A stretch of 64,000 nucleotides of DNA. It comes from Blastocystis sp. Blastoise (taxonomy: Eukaryota; Protista; Bigyra: Opalinata). The stretch lies in assembly GCA_039096225.1 (NCBI GenBank), contig JBBPEB010000017.1, positions 434,001 to 498,000 of the forward strand. The letters are read 5' to 3'. The notes beneath the pieces are model-generated. The model saw nothing but the letters and a program-made list of their open reading frames with translations, was not told where the DNA came from and did no database searches. Shown here piece after piece: positions 21,916 to 50,062 of the stretch. Made by a program: the position numbers and the translations under genes. Each line of letters opens with the position of its first letter. The first letter of the stretch is position 1.

Positions 21916-23390
21916 ACTATATTATCTATATAATAATTATTATTTCTATTTTATTCATCATATATATATATATTTTTTTTTCTCGTTTTTTTTCTGATAT
22001 TTATGTATATATTAAAAAATTGTTTAGTTACCGAAAAAAGTGAAAATCATTCATGCTTTTTTTATATGGCTAATAAATTATCATCATTATAAGTAGATAA
22101 TATATAATTTACATAAAAATTATATTAGTTACATTAAAAAAATATATATTCATTACATTAAAAATATACATCTTGATATATTCTTTAAGTATTTTAATAA
22201 TTCAAATATCTATAGAATCAGCCTTTATTACATAAACACTATATGTTCTAAATGATTCTATTTTATATTTCATCAAAAACTAGAATATAAATAAAGGTAT
22301 TTTTATAAAAAAAAAAGAATCTATAAAAAGAAATAAAAAATCGATGATATTCATTGATTATGTATCTTGACTGATTCTACGTATTCTATAATATTGAAAA
22401 AGACTTAATTCGAATCCAATTTATACTATTATTCAGTAAATCAACATTAGTTTTCCAGATTCTTATTAAAGCGTAATTTATGCTTTAAAATATACAACGA
22501 ATGCTTTTTAATATTGATTGACTTATTTAAAGTAGAAAAAAAAACAAAATTGACAAGATAAGTAAGATAATATTTTTAATACCCTTAAAATATACTAATA
22601 TATAGCTCATCAGCCTCAACATGAATTGATAAACATTTTGAATATATAGTTTGGCTATATCTTATATCATCAAACAGAATAATGAGAACATTTTGTAAAG
22701 GAAAAATCAAGGCTTTTCTTTGAAAGTCTCAATACTGTTTCAACTTTATATACATTAAAATACTGAAAGTCTAATGAATAATTGTTGGCAAATACAAGAA
22801 TCATTAACAAGTATACAATTATATTCTTCTCATTTGCTCATTTTTAAGTGATCATAGGAGGTCCCTAAAAATTATTTTTATTTAATAGGGCAATCCTTAT
22901 TTATAACCGTGAGAATATGTAAATAAAAACAGATCATAAAATACCCAGTTTTATGACCAATCGTGACTATGAATCGTGTTTTTCTGTGATATATGATTAT
23001 TTTCAAAATTTGGCTGTTTATTGCACTTATCCCGCGAGGATTTCGTGGGGAAATGATAAAGAAGGTGTTTCGTTTTCCTATTTTCAACAACATACCCTTA
23101 CTATTCTTTTTTGTTTGTAGAGAATTCATTTATTGAATTATTATCTACTTACTGTGTTGAGTTCTTTTCTTTGTTTCTTGCGATATATTTGAAATATATT
23201 TAAGTCAAGTTTTTCGCAATCTAATCACCAATTTTGAATTCTTCTGCTTATCTTTTACTTTATTCGGTATTTTATTGATTTTAAATGATTTTTTAAAATT
23301 GTTATTTAATTATATGAATCTATTCAACTATTTATTTAACTATATTTTTTGTTTTTTAGTTTTTATTTAGTAAATATCTTTAAAGAATTT

Positions 23391-26650
<3,260 letters not shown>

Positions 26651-28353
26651 AATTTCATATATATATATATATATATATTATTATTATTATTAATGATCTC
26701 AAATACACATTTTTCTAAATTGGGTAATTCAATTATTCATTTCTATATATATATTCTATATAATCTTTATTTATTTTTTAATTTTATATTTTTTTTCAAT
26801 TTTCAATTTTTTTTTTGTATATGTATGTATCTTAATGATATTCATTATTAAAAACTTATATATAAAATGTTTTTAAAAAACATTTTATTATTTATCTTTT
26901 AATTATATATATATATATATAATAAAATATTTTTATTACTATATACATGTATATAGATTTTCTTCTTAATATATATATATATAATATTTTTATTGTATTG
27001 AAATGATACTTTTATTCGTATACAATCTTTTTTTTTATAACTTTAATTTTAATTTTTTAATTTTTTATTATATATAGAATTCAAAATCAACATTTTCTTT
27101 TTCTACTTTTTTAAAAATAATATTATATCTATATATATATTAAAATATATTTTTTTATCCTCAACTAAATAGATACCTATTTATATATATATATATAATT
27201 ATAAGTATAATTGTATTTCTGTGTGTTTTCACATATTCATTTTAGTCGAATGCGAATTTAATGTAAAAATATTTATATACTTATTTATATCATAAAATAA
27301 TATTACATATATATATATCTCCATATATATATAAATGAAATGTATTTTTATGTTTATGAAATTTTATATATATATATTGAATATATTATATATATATTAT
27401 ATATATATTATGCTATTTATTTTAATATTTTTTTTCAATTGAAAAATCGATTGAAAATAAACAAATAATTTTTTTCCTTTTTTTTTAATAATTTATTTAG
27501 TTTTATTTATTACGTTCTTTTATTGTTTATTACATTCATCATCTTATGCCTAGCCTTATCATACATATATATATATATATAATATTTTCATTTTATTTCA
27601 ATTTTATTTTTCAATAAATTATTTTATTTTCAAAATGATTCCTTTTTAGCACAAAAAACAATATTCATATATTGTATTTCTGTTTCTTATTTTATGTTCA
27701 TATATATTCTCTGCGAAGTTGATATATACTATTTTTTTTAACTACACATATTTGTTTTGTTGTGGTTTTATTTTATTTTGTTATCAATACATTTCATTTT
27801 TATGTATTTATTCATTCATATTGCAGACACTAACATTATACATAATCATTTTCTAAAGTTTTTTCTCACATATCGCGTGAATATCTTTGTCACAATCAAA
27901 AAAATTGTTTTTAATCATCAAATTGAACTATGAATTCTTATAGTTGAGCCAGTGTATATATGAGTAGGAATAATATAGTATGGAGAGAAGATAAACGTTG
28001 AATTAAAGAAAAATAACATGTTTTTCTTTTCATTTTCTTTTGAATAAATAATTTTGTTAAGTTATAAATTAGTGAATTCAATGAATTTATGCTCAATAAT
28101 AACAATCTTTACACTTATAAATAAGATAAAAAGTTTATGATACGAAAACCCTTTTCTATCGGACAATTGTGTAAAAACCATGTCAAAATGCGAATTTTAG
28201 GAGAAAAATCATGATTTTAATAGTGATAATAGACTAGATATTCAAAAACATTTTCACATTTTTGACCAACATTTTTTTTAATTTCATTTTCTATTGTTTT
28301 TTCAATAAGAAACATTTTGTTCTGTGTATATTTTAATTAATCTACAAGAGAAA

Positions 28354-28835
28354 ATGAAGGATGAGAATATGAGTATTTAAAAGTTATATTTGAATACTAT
28401 ATATAGGTGATTCCGATGTTGTTTCTTCTGATTCTATGGAAGATGAAAATGAAGAAGTTGAATTCAGTCAGAAAAACGCACTTCTTGAAAAGAGAAAGAG
28501 AAATATTAAAAGGAAGAAGCAACTTCTTCATCAATTTGGTATTTTATTTATGAGAAATATATTGTTTTAATATTTTTTATATTTAAATTATTGATTATAA
28601 TCTTAATCTTCTGTTTTTTAGGTATTGACGATACAGTCAAATCGATTTTTCAAGAACAAAAGGAAAGAATTAAAAAACATAAAAAAGAAAGAAATTCTTA
28701 TAAAGTTCAACAAGAACCTCAACGAAAATCTCTGTATATGTTGAAATTTATATAATTATAATATTATTTATTAAAATTATAATATTATTTATATAATTAT
28801 AATATTATTTATTATAATTATAATATTATTTATTA

Positions 28836-28877
<42 letters not shown>

Positions 28878-29296
28878 TATATATATATAGGAGATTACAA
28901 GGTTTAAAGCCCGAGATAGATGTGACAATGGATACAATTGATAAAATAGCTCGATTTGTGGATAGTGATATTCAGAAAGAACATATTCGAAATAAACAGG
29001 ATGATATCTATAATAATCCTGATTATTGGAAAGATAAAATTAATGGAGATACAGTTATTTCACAAGGACGATTTACTGGGTATGTATAAAGTGTATTTTA
29101 AGGATTATTATTATTATATATGTAATTATTTTTTGAGTATTATTATGATTATTATTATGATTATTATTATGATTATATATAGATGGGTTGAACCTGGTGT
29201 TTGTCAACGACTAGGTATATGTGAAACGGAACAAGAAAATGACTTAAAATATGCACATGGAAGAAGAACATCAGGTTTAGTATATATATATATATA

Positions 29297-29330
<34 letters not shown>

Positions 29331-29714
29331 AAATATATTATAAAATTTATTATAAAATTTATTATAAAAAAAATGATATTAAAAAAATTTGAATGAATAT
29401 ATATTTATATAGAACTTTAAAGAATTAGCAAAAGCCAGTTTACATTCAAAACCAAATTGCTATTTTTATCGTTTCTGTGAGCCAAGTATATATACATTTA
29501 TATACATATTTTTTAATATATATATATTCCCTTTTTATCTATATATAATGATTATAATAATAATTGTATTTTATTATATATAGATGTAAAACAATGGTTG
29601 GGTGAATGGACAAATGAAGAAATTGATTTGTTTATAGACACAGCGCGTCGATATGGATGTGGGGATCAGTGGGGGATCTTTAGTACATATATCCCTCATC
29701 GTGTAGGTTACCAA

Positions 29715-29751
<37 letters not shown>

Positions 29752-30124
29752 TATTAGTATTTATTATATGTATTATATATTATATTAATATTTATTATAT
29801 GTATTATATATTATATTAATATATTTTATTATTGTATTAGAATATATTGATAATTATCATTCTATATTTTATTCAATAAATTCATTCTCTTTTTTTATTA
29901 TTAAGATATAACTATATTTCTTTATAATTATTCTATTCTCTAGTGTGCTAATTTTTATCGACAATATGCAATTCCCCGCGGTTTAGTAGTGGATGCTCAT
30001 TATTTAATTAGTACTGCAGGTAAAGTGACATTTAAAGCTAATGGCGAACTAAATAAACTTTTAAGTCATAATAAAACAAGTCAATCAAATCAAATAATCT
30101 CCAAAGAAGATATTACTATTAATC

Positions 30125-30159
<35 letters not shown>

Positions 30160-30519
30160 CAGAAAGAAGAAAATAAAGAATCAGAAATTAATTCTAATAA
30201 TACTATTGGTACTACTAGTAATACTATTTCTACTAATATTAACTCGCGTAATGATGCTTCTAACAATAATAATACTTCTGATAATAATAATAATAATGAA
30301 ACCTATAAGACTAAAGACTCTCAAAATTCTGTAAATATAAATAATAATAATAATAATAATAATAATGATACACCTTCTCCTTCTTCTTCTCCTCCTAGTC
30401 TAGTTCCTTTAAAATTTAATCCATTATTATATACATTCTCTAGTGACGAGTCGTCGTCATCAGAAGATTCAAATGATGACGATGACTATGTATGTGATGA
30501 CGATGATGATATGGAATAA
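28354..30519 (+). CDS. Myb/SANT-like domain protein with Asn-rich and acidic C-terminal tail
   Basis: Spliced PNCYFYRFCEPNVKQWLGEWTNEEIDLFIDTARRYGCGDQWGIFSTYIPHRVGYQ/CANFYRQ. This is Myb-type Trp spacing with an RVGYQC recognition helix. The N-terminus has an RKSLRLQG motif. Confidence 0.75.
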
Positions 30520-31213
30520 CTTTTTATATTTATATATTTTATTATAATTATAAAAATATATTTTTTATCTCCTTCTATTCTCATTTTTTATATTTTTATA
30601 CATATATATATATATATATATATATCTTTTTCACTAGGTTTGTCTATTGTCATAATAAATTAGTAATAAAATGTCTTTTATTCTTTATATATATGTCTTT
30701 ATATATTTATTTTTTTCTTATATATTTATTTATATATATATATGTATTTAGGTTTTATTTATATATACATATACATTATTATTATAGTTTTCAATTTAGT
30801 AAATATCTTTTCTGGTAGAACAATAAAATTTCTAAAGAATAAATTGTATACATATCTATTTTTTCTCTTTATTGTCTAACTTATTTACTACTATATAAAA
30901 GTCTCTTCATATTATATATATAAATTTATTTATTTATTTGTGTTTCTATCTTATTGTCATTATTTATTTATTTTTCAATTATTTAAAGTGTTATCTTTGT
31001 ATATATATATGTCTCTTGTTCATAATCATTTATTTGTTATATCTTGTAGTTTTTTAAATTATTCATTTGATAATAAAAATATAGCCAAATACTTTTATAA
31101 ACAATACAAAATTATATTTTTAAATCTATTGGATCTCAATATTCATATATCTTTAATACTAAGTAATATAAAAACTATTTAATTTTTCTTTGCTTAATAA
31201 AAGAAGATATTAT

Positions 31214-33327
31214 TTAATGTTTACCCCAAGCATGGCAATCTTCTTCTTTAGCAGGATATACAGAAACTGTGAAATCAGGAGTAGTTCCACGGGGATATAA
31301 GAAAACTTCTTCATCTTTCTTTAAATCAATAGAATAAATACCATCACTAGAGAAAATATAGTGTTTATATATATATTATATTAACAAATTAAAAATAATT
31401 ATATAAACTAAAAATAATTATAAAAACTAAAAATAATTATATAAATTAAAAATAATTATATAAATTAAAAATAATTATATAAACTAAAAATAATTATATT
31501 AATAAATTTTAAAAAGCATATATATACCCATTTTTAGTAACAGGAATAGAGGAAGGAGTATATTCCATATCTAGAAGATCATCAACACGAATAACAAGAG
31601 GAGAACCGAATTCTGAACGAATACTGAGCCATCTATATATATATATATATAGTAATAATATTAATAATTGGCATAGAAAGATATATATATATAAAGAATA
31701 GAAAATATATAGAGTATTAAATATATATTATAATAATCATATATATTTATACAAATGAAAAAAAAAATGAATATGAATAATAAATATAATAATAATAATA
31801 TACTGAGTAGTTGAATTCTTCATAACACCGCTAATAGCAAAACCACCTTCAGCTTTAGAATTATACATATATACAGTATCCATCTTCTTTGGGTGAATAG
31901 GGAATATATGTATATATTCAGTAATATCACTACGAATAATAAAATATTGAAGAGCAGCAGCTAAGCCATAAGGAGATTCATTACAGGGAAAATGACCTGA
32001 TTCCCAATACATTGTGCTATGACCTAAATTACCCATCTTCCAGAATATATCAATAAAATCATAAGCAAAATCATCTTTATTAGGAAGTAAACTAGATATA
32101 ATAGCACTAGAAACAATACCAAATCCATTTTCATAAGGTTTAAAATCAATAAATCGTTGAATAGATTTATTAATAAGATCTGTACGTTCAGGTGTATTAT
32201 AAGTATCCATTAAATGAAGAGGATAAATCATAAACATATGAGACCAATGTCTATGCATAGAAGTTAATTTTACATTCTTACCGATTTTAAGTCCATCATT
32301 ATCATGAGGATAATCGACGATATGATCGAGAACATCTTGATAAGTAGAAAGATAAGGATCATCAATATGAAGTATATCTTTACAGATATGAATAATTGTT
32401 TTACATCCCCATTTAAATAATGATATATCCCAATTTGTATCTTCATCATTAGCATATTCGGGAGACATACTGTAAGGAAGATGAATAGTATTATTGGAAT
32501 CACGGGTCATTACACTATATATATATAGATATAGTAATATAATAATATACATAGTAATATAATAATATATATAGTAATATAATTATTATTATTATAGATA
32601 AATATTATAAATAAGGAGAATAGTTTAGATAGAAGTAAATAAAATATTTATGAAATAATAATAATAATAAGTATAATAATAATAATAATAACATACTGAA
32701 TATAATAGTTAGTAGCTTGTCTAAGAATAGGATAAACAACTTCTCTTAAATTAGTTTCATTCAAACTATATCTATATTGTGTATATAATACTTGAGCATT
32801 CCAAATTAAATTACCAGCAACTACATTACCACCAGGAGCAATAAGTCCATCCTTAGTTCCCCATGAATATTTACCCATCATAAAATCCCATCCAGTTCTA
32901 TATATATAGTATTAAGAAATAATAATAATAATATTAACAATAATAATATTTATTATAATAATATTATTACTAATAAATATAAATATATAATAAGCATAAT
33001 AATATTAATAAATATATATATAATAACATAATAATAATATACTCAGTACCGACAGCTCCTGCATCTTCTCTCATTTCTTCAGGAACATTATATTTAAAAT
33101 TATCCATATTTAGTTTATGGAATAAGACCATATTATCAAATAATTCTTGATGATTTGAGAACCATAAGGACCAAGCAGCCATTTGGATATTCAAATCATG
33201 ATGATAATCAGACCATGTAGTATCTACATACCAACTATAGTATATATATATATAGAATAAACTGTAGTATAATTTATATAATTATATATTAAATTGAATT
33301 ATTATATGTTCAATAAATATAAACATC

Positions 33328-33374
<47 letters not shown>

Positions 33375-34723
33375 TATATCTATATATACGGTCCCATAAG
33401 ATCATAAGGCCAGCAATTATCAGGACCAGTACAACGAGAAGCAGAAGCAGTCTTATATAACTATATACATATAAATATAATAAATATAAATATATACATA
33501 TAAATATAATACATATAAATATAATACATATAAATATAATACATAAAAATATAATAAATAAAAAACATAATAAATAAAAATATAATAAATAAAAAATATA
33601 ATAAATAAAAAATATAATAAATAAAAGTATAATAAATAAAAAAGTATAATAAATATAAATATAAATATCATAAATACTTGAATCCAATAGAAGCTTTCCA
33701 TTTTTGTATCAGGAATAGAGAGGAATGATTTACTATAATAATTATGCCACCATTGTTCATGAGCTTCTAACATTTTATTATCATAAATATTCATTAAAGA
33801 GTCTAACATAGGAATAACATTATCTTTAGCAAGAATATCTCTTTGTTTACCACGAATAACAGAATTATCAACAGTAGTAAAAAGAGTCTTTTTAGAACCT
33901 TCATCTTCTACATGATAACCAACAGCTATATCACCACCAGCAAGTAAATCATAAGAACAAACAGTATAATCTTTATTCTTATATGTAGTTTCATTACAAT
34001 AAGGAAGAGGATTCTTTACATAATCATCACGATGACCACGAGCTTCTTTTGTTTCTTGAGCAGTAAAAGCTATCTTTAAAGATTTCTCATTACCTTCAGT
34101 TTCAACTTCAACGCTTATTATATGATTATTAGAATCAACACGATGAACAAAATCTATTTTACCTTCAGTTGTTTCTACACTACCAATTATTCTAGCATTA
34201 TATAAATCCATTCTCATAGTTCCATTGATGATTTTACCAACAGCTTCAACATTAAAATAACCTAATTTTATTCTACATTCATCATATTCACTATAGATAT
34301 AATTATAAATTATTGATTATTATTCATCAAGAAAAAGAATAAAATATAAAATTATATATTTAAAATTCAAATAACAATGAAATAAACACAAAAAAATAAA
34401 AATAAAAATAAATGATAAAATATTTACTTATAACCAATATAATATTTAGAACCAGGTTCACGGTGATCCCAAGCATCAGTTCTACCAAGAGAGAATTGTA
34501 TAGCATCGTGATCAGAATTAGTAACAATGTCAACAAACATTCCTAAAATACCATTTCCAGAAAAAGGAGAATCAAACCATTCATAAGGAAAAGAACTTGG
34601 ATGAGCAGCATCAAATTTCCAAACAGGATCATTTCTACTCATAAATTCTTTCCAATCAACATCGAGGTTTACTTGTGCTGATAACGCAAGCACACAAAAA
34701 AATAAAACAACAATCGATTTCAT
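31214..34723 (-). CDS. Secreted GH95-like glycoside hydrolase (alpha-L-fucosidase-related, bacterial-type); 8 exons
   Basis: Signal peptide MKSIVVLFFCVLALSA; GNGILG; HEQWWHNYYSKSFLSIPDTKMESFYWIQ/LYK; WSDYHHDLNIQMAAW; SMSPEY; HRHWSHMFMIYPL; ESPYG; IHIFP; AEGGFAIS. These are motifs of the GH95 (alpha/alpha)6 catalytic domain. Confidence 0.75.
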
Positions 34724-35293
34724 TTCTTTATAACAAATATTTTTTGTGAATTACGAAAGGAAGAACATTGTTTTCGTTTCCTAAGTCGAGAAGAAGTGTT
34801 GTTTTTGTCATGCTTTGATATTTTGTTTATATCATGATTTTATTGATATTGTCTATACGAAATGAATACATTCCCACGGAGATCTAAAAGTGGCTATTCT
34901 GTTTGGGTTGGATTGGATTCTACTATTATATTGGATAATCTATAGTAATTAGTAACTTCGTCATCTTACTTGTCATTCGAAAGTATTCTATTGGTCATAT
35001 CGAAATCCTAAGTCGACAATCAAAATGAATGGATATCAATGTCGTATCGTTCTCAGAAATACAGTTCAGCCATCGAATAATGGAATACAAGAGAAAAAAA
35101 GAAAAAGAAAACAAAACAGAACAAAACACAAGAAAAAATAAAGAATACTTAGGTTTCCTGTATAGTTGGCAAGTCAGAAGAAGATGTTCAATAAGAAAAA
35201 CAATACATAAATTAAATACGACAATCATTAACGCCAACAACTTTGAAAAATAAATTTTATTATCAAGTAGCTAATAGAGGATGTAATTCTTAA

Positions 35294-37378
<2,085 letters not shown>

Positions 37379-37543
37379 AAAATTTTTCTTTTTTTAAATC
37401 TCTTTCAGAATATTTCATACGAATGTTATTTTCTATTTTGACGACAAATTCCACAGAAAATCGTGATTTTTCTATGAGCTTCCATTTTTTCAAAATTTTT
37501 TTTTTGACTTTTTAGAAATTCATTATATTTCGTAGAATAAAGA

Positions 37544-41719
<4,176 letters not shown>

Positions 41720-42023
41720 AACATTTGTTTTTAATGCTTTATATATATTGCTTTATTTACATTTATATATATATAAATGCTATATATCAACTCTAGGTTT
41801 GTTTTCTATTATGATTTTATTATAAATTATATTTTTATATATAAATAAATTTAAATTTATTGTTTAGTGTGATGATCATTATTATTTTTTATTAATTATA
41901 AAAAATTATTTAAACTTTTAACAAAATAATCAAATAATGACAAGAAACACAATAATTTATATAATGCAATAGAGAATCAATACATAATTATAAAGTCATA
42001 AAATATATAGTTAAGGAATATAT

Positions 42024-46504
<4,481 letters not shown>

Positions 46505-47303
46505 TCTGAAATAACTTTTCAAGAATTGAAAAAGAATAATTTTGATATAAATAAAAAGAAATCTAGATAGACATGAAAAAACACCAACCTTTCTTTCTCT
46601 GGATGCTTCTGTTAATCGTGCCCCGTCATTTTTATACGTTTTTCCCTTGATATGGCACAAAAATTCAATATTATTGATATACAGAGATCTATTGGATGCT
46701 TTCTATAGATCTTGTTGTGTATTGGTTCCTTATGCCATACGTTTTAAAGATTAAAGAAGTGTCATCACAAATCCAATAATAACCATTCATTCTTTTTGTA
46801 ATCCTATCATTGAATTATTGTGGTTTTTTCTGTTTAGAATTAAGATGGATTCAGAAAGAAAGATAGAGAGATTTGTATATACTGGATATTTTTCAGTTGA
46901 TGACGTTAGCATTTCATTTTACATTTTAGATATCCAGAAATGGTCGATAGAGGGAATATTTTGGATTCATATAATGAAATTTCATTTTTATATGAGTATA
47001 AATATCTTATAGAGTTGGTGACAAATGAAAAACAAGCATTTCCAGAATGAATTTTATTTGAAATGTGTTTATGAAATAGGGAGTCGTTGAGTGTATCTAG
47101 ATGACATAAAGATCATTAATACAATGTAGTTTATGTGTTTATATTAATACTGTTGAAAATAAAAAGTCTAGATATCAGAAAACTTTAATATGTATATAAT
47201 GTATATATATAACTAAGAGAACTTGAATAAAAAGATGAAAAATTGTTAAAAAAAGAAAATTTTACATAAAAAATAAAGATTAGATTTCATATAGTTAATA
47301 GAA

Positions 47304-49347
47304 TTAGGAAGTAGCATTAACGGGGTGAAGTTTTCTATATATAGAATAATATATATAGTAATAAAATAGATATAGTAATAAAATATATTAATAAAATAGA
47401 TATAGTAATAAAGTATATATAGTAATAAAATAGATATAATAAAAACAATATTGTGGTTTCATTTTAAAAATATATATTTTTGAAAAAAAAATTATTAAAT
47501 ATATTCAATTTATAAAAAAAAATATATATATATATAATATACCTTTGATTCCATTTTTCAAATGTGATTTTCATGAGATTTACATCCATACTAGTAATCA
47601 TATATCTACATTTATTTAAAGCACTAAATTCTTCAATAGTAATAAAATTAAAGTTTGTTTCAAGACGATCTAAATAAGTAAATAAATAACCAATAGATTC
47701 TTTTGCTATAGGACACTCTGGGAATCGGTGAATAATTTTACACTATAGAATAATAAGTATATATTGTATTTAATATGTTAATATGTATTGTTTATTCAAT
47801 TTGTTGATCAAGAAAATATGTATATAAGTTATATATATAGAATATAAAATAATAATATTATAAAGATGTTTTATATTTTCATTCTATATATCTTGTTATT
47901 AAATAATGAATATTATATATATATATATATATACTTGTAATGTATGATCATCAATAGGTAATTGAACTGGTTCATCATTTTTATCCATTAATAAACAGGA
48001 TAGTATATAATAAAGATTACCACCATAATAATTACTAGAGATAGTGTAGATAGAAGAAGAAGAAAGAATATATATGATATAAATAATATATAAATAAAAG
48101 AAAATATATATTATAAAAGAGAATATATATATAGAATATGAATAAAAAAAATATAAATAAAATTAAAATGATATATAATTAAAATAGCAAAAAATAAATA
48201 TATATAATTAAGAATAGTTATTCAAGTAAATATAATATATATATATACATAGTATATTCAAATATTTTGTTTTTTTGATAATTTCCTTTTTTACTATTTT
48301 GATTCATATTCATATTATTTATATTCATATTCATATTCATGGGAATCGGTTGATTTCCAGTCATTGGAAATGAAGACATCATAGAATTTTGAATTTGATT
48401 GGATAATAATGATTGTGTTCCTGGAATAGGTATAAATTGATTGGTTATCATTTGAGGAGGAATAGTATTATTCATAGGAAGAGAAGAATTAGGTGTATTT
48501 AAATGAATAGATATATTAGTATTAGGTAAATTATTGGTATTTATTATAGTGTTATTTGTATTTGTATTATCTAAAAGAGAAGACGTAGAAACAATAGTAT
48601 TATTATTATTATTCGTATTAGTATTAGTTGAATTATTTGTAGTACTTTCTACAGGAATATTATTAGTATTCATATTATTATTCATGTTATTATTCATTTT
48701 ATTATTCATATTATTATTCATATTATTATTCATATTATTATTCATATTATTATTCATATTATTATTCATATTATTATTTATATTATTATTGGGAGTTACT
48801 AGTGAAGTAGAGTTACTGACTGGTAACGATTGTGATTGAATTGAATTCATCATCATTGAGTTCATATTATTATTCATAGAATTTGGAAGTTGTTGAAATT
48901 GATTTTGCATATTATTCATGCCTTGTTGAATATGCTGAATAGGAGTAGACATTGAAGTATTCATTATTGTATTCATATTATTCTGAATTCCACCATTTAT
49001 ATCTACAAAAGCAGAAATAATATGTATTTGTTAAATATATTAAAAAATAAAGATAATTTATATATACTTTGATTCATAGACTGTGTATTGAAACCCATAT
49101 TCCCTTGCATCTGACGATTAAACATAGGATTCATCTGATTCGGCATAGTCTGTTGCATGCCTACCATATTTGGTTGAATTGCACCATTCATTTGTCTTGG
49201 AAATGCATTCATTTGCTGATTTTGCATCATTTGACCTTGCATATTCATTTGCATTGGATTCATTCCATAAGGATTGAATTGATTCATAGGATAATTCTGG
49301 ACAAAATTCATATTCCCTTTTCCCATCATGTTCGGTTGTTGTTGCAT
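47304..49347 (-). CDS. Gln/Asn/Met-rich low-complexity (prion-like) protein with a small globular C-terminal domain (possibly SPOC-like)
   Basis: MQQQPNMMG... and (NNNM)n repeats; spliced C-terminus KIFEYTINYYGGNLYILSCLLM...QLPIDDHTLQ/CKIIHRFP...RKLHPVNATS*; GT-AG junctions keep frame. Confidence 0.65.
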
Positions 49348-49753
49348 TTTCTTTTTTAAAAAATAGAGAATGTGATCTATTTTATTTATATATACAATAT
49401 ATACTTTATAAATTGAAATTTTGAACTCTATTCCTTTTTTTGTTTTTGTATTTTTATATATGAAAAAACTTTTTTTCGCTATTGTTTTTATTATAATCGT
49501 GGAAAATTTTATTTTTATATAATTTAATGATTGTCGAGTTTAATATGAAGAAGAAAAAGATATTAAATCGGTATGTACATCGTTGAGTGCTTATTAAGAT
49601 TATTAGCATTTAATTTTAAAGATAAAAAACATAACAGAAAAGAAAATGAGTTAATGTATAAACGTTTATATATATGAAATGATAAGAATAATACAGTTGC
49701 TATTACAAATAAAAAAAAATGAAAAGAATAAATACTAGATAAAGAGAGAGTAT

Positions 49754-50026
49754 TTAATCTCTCTTTAAATTAAATATTTCTGTTTGAACACCATCTTTAT
49801 TTAAAATACAAATTTCTACACTATCACCAACAGCAATATGTCTTTAAGTATATATAAAAAATAATTTTAAAATATATATTTATAATAAAATAATATAGAA
49901 TAGTATATTATATATATATAGTTTATATATACTTCACCTGCTAAAGTAAATGATTCTTTAATTAAATTCATACTTTCTTCAAAAGAAAGAGGAACGACAG
50001 GTTCATTACGATTCTTCTTAGGAATC

Positions 50027-50062
<36 letters not shown>

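Noticed and set aside
31395-31500. Tandem ~19-20-bp AT-rich units (also 57226-57312, 21652-21735, 50470-50630) as CRISPR-like arrays
   Set aside because: No unique spacers, no cas genes, all intronic in a eukaryote; these are ordinary minisatellites.
34995-35253. Short ORFs between the GH95-like gene and dihydroorotase; likewise 4015-4326, 22878-23129, 46818-47012, 62736-63023
   Set aside because: No recognisable motifs or splice structure; probably chance ORFs in intergenic DNA.
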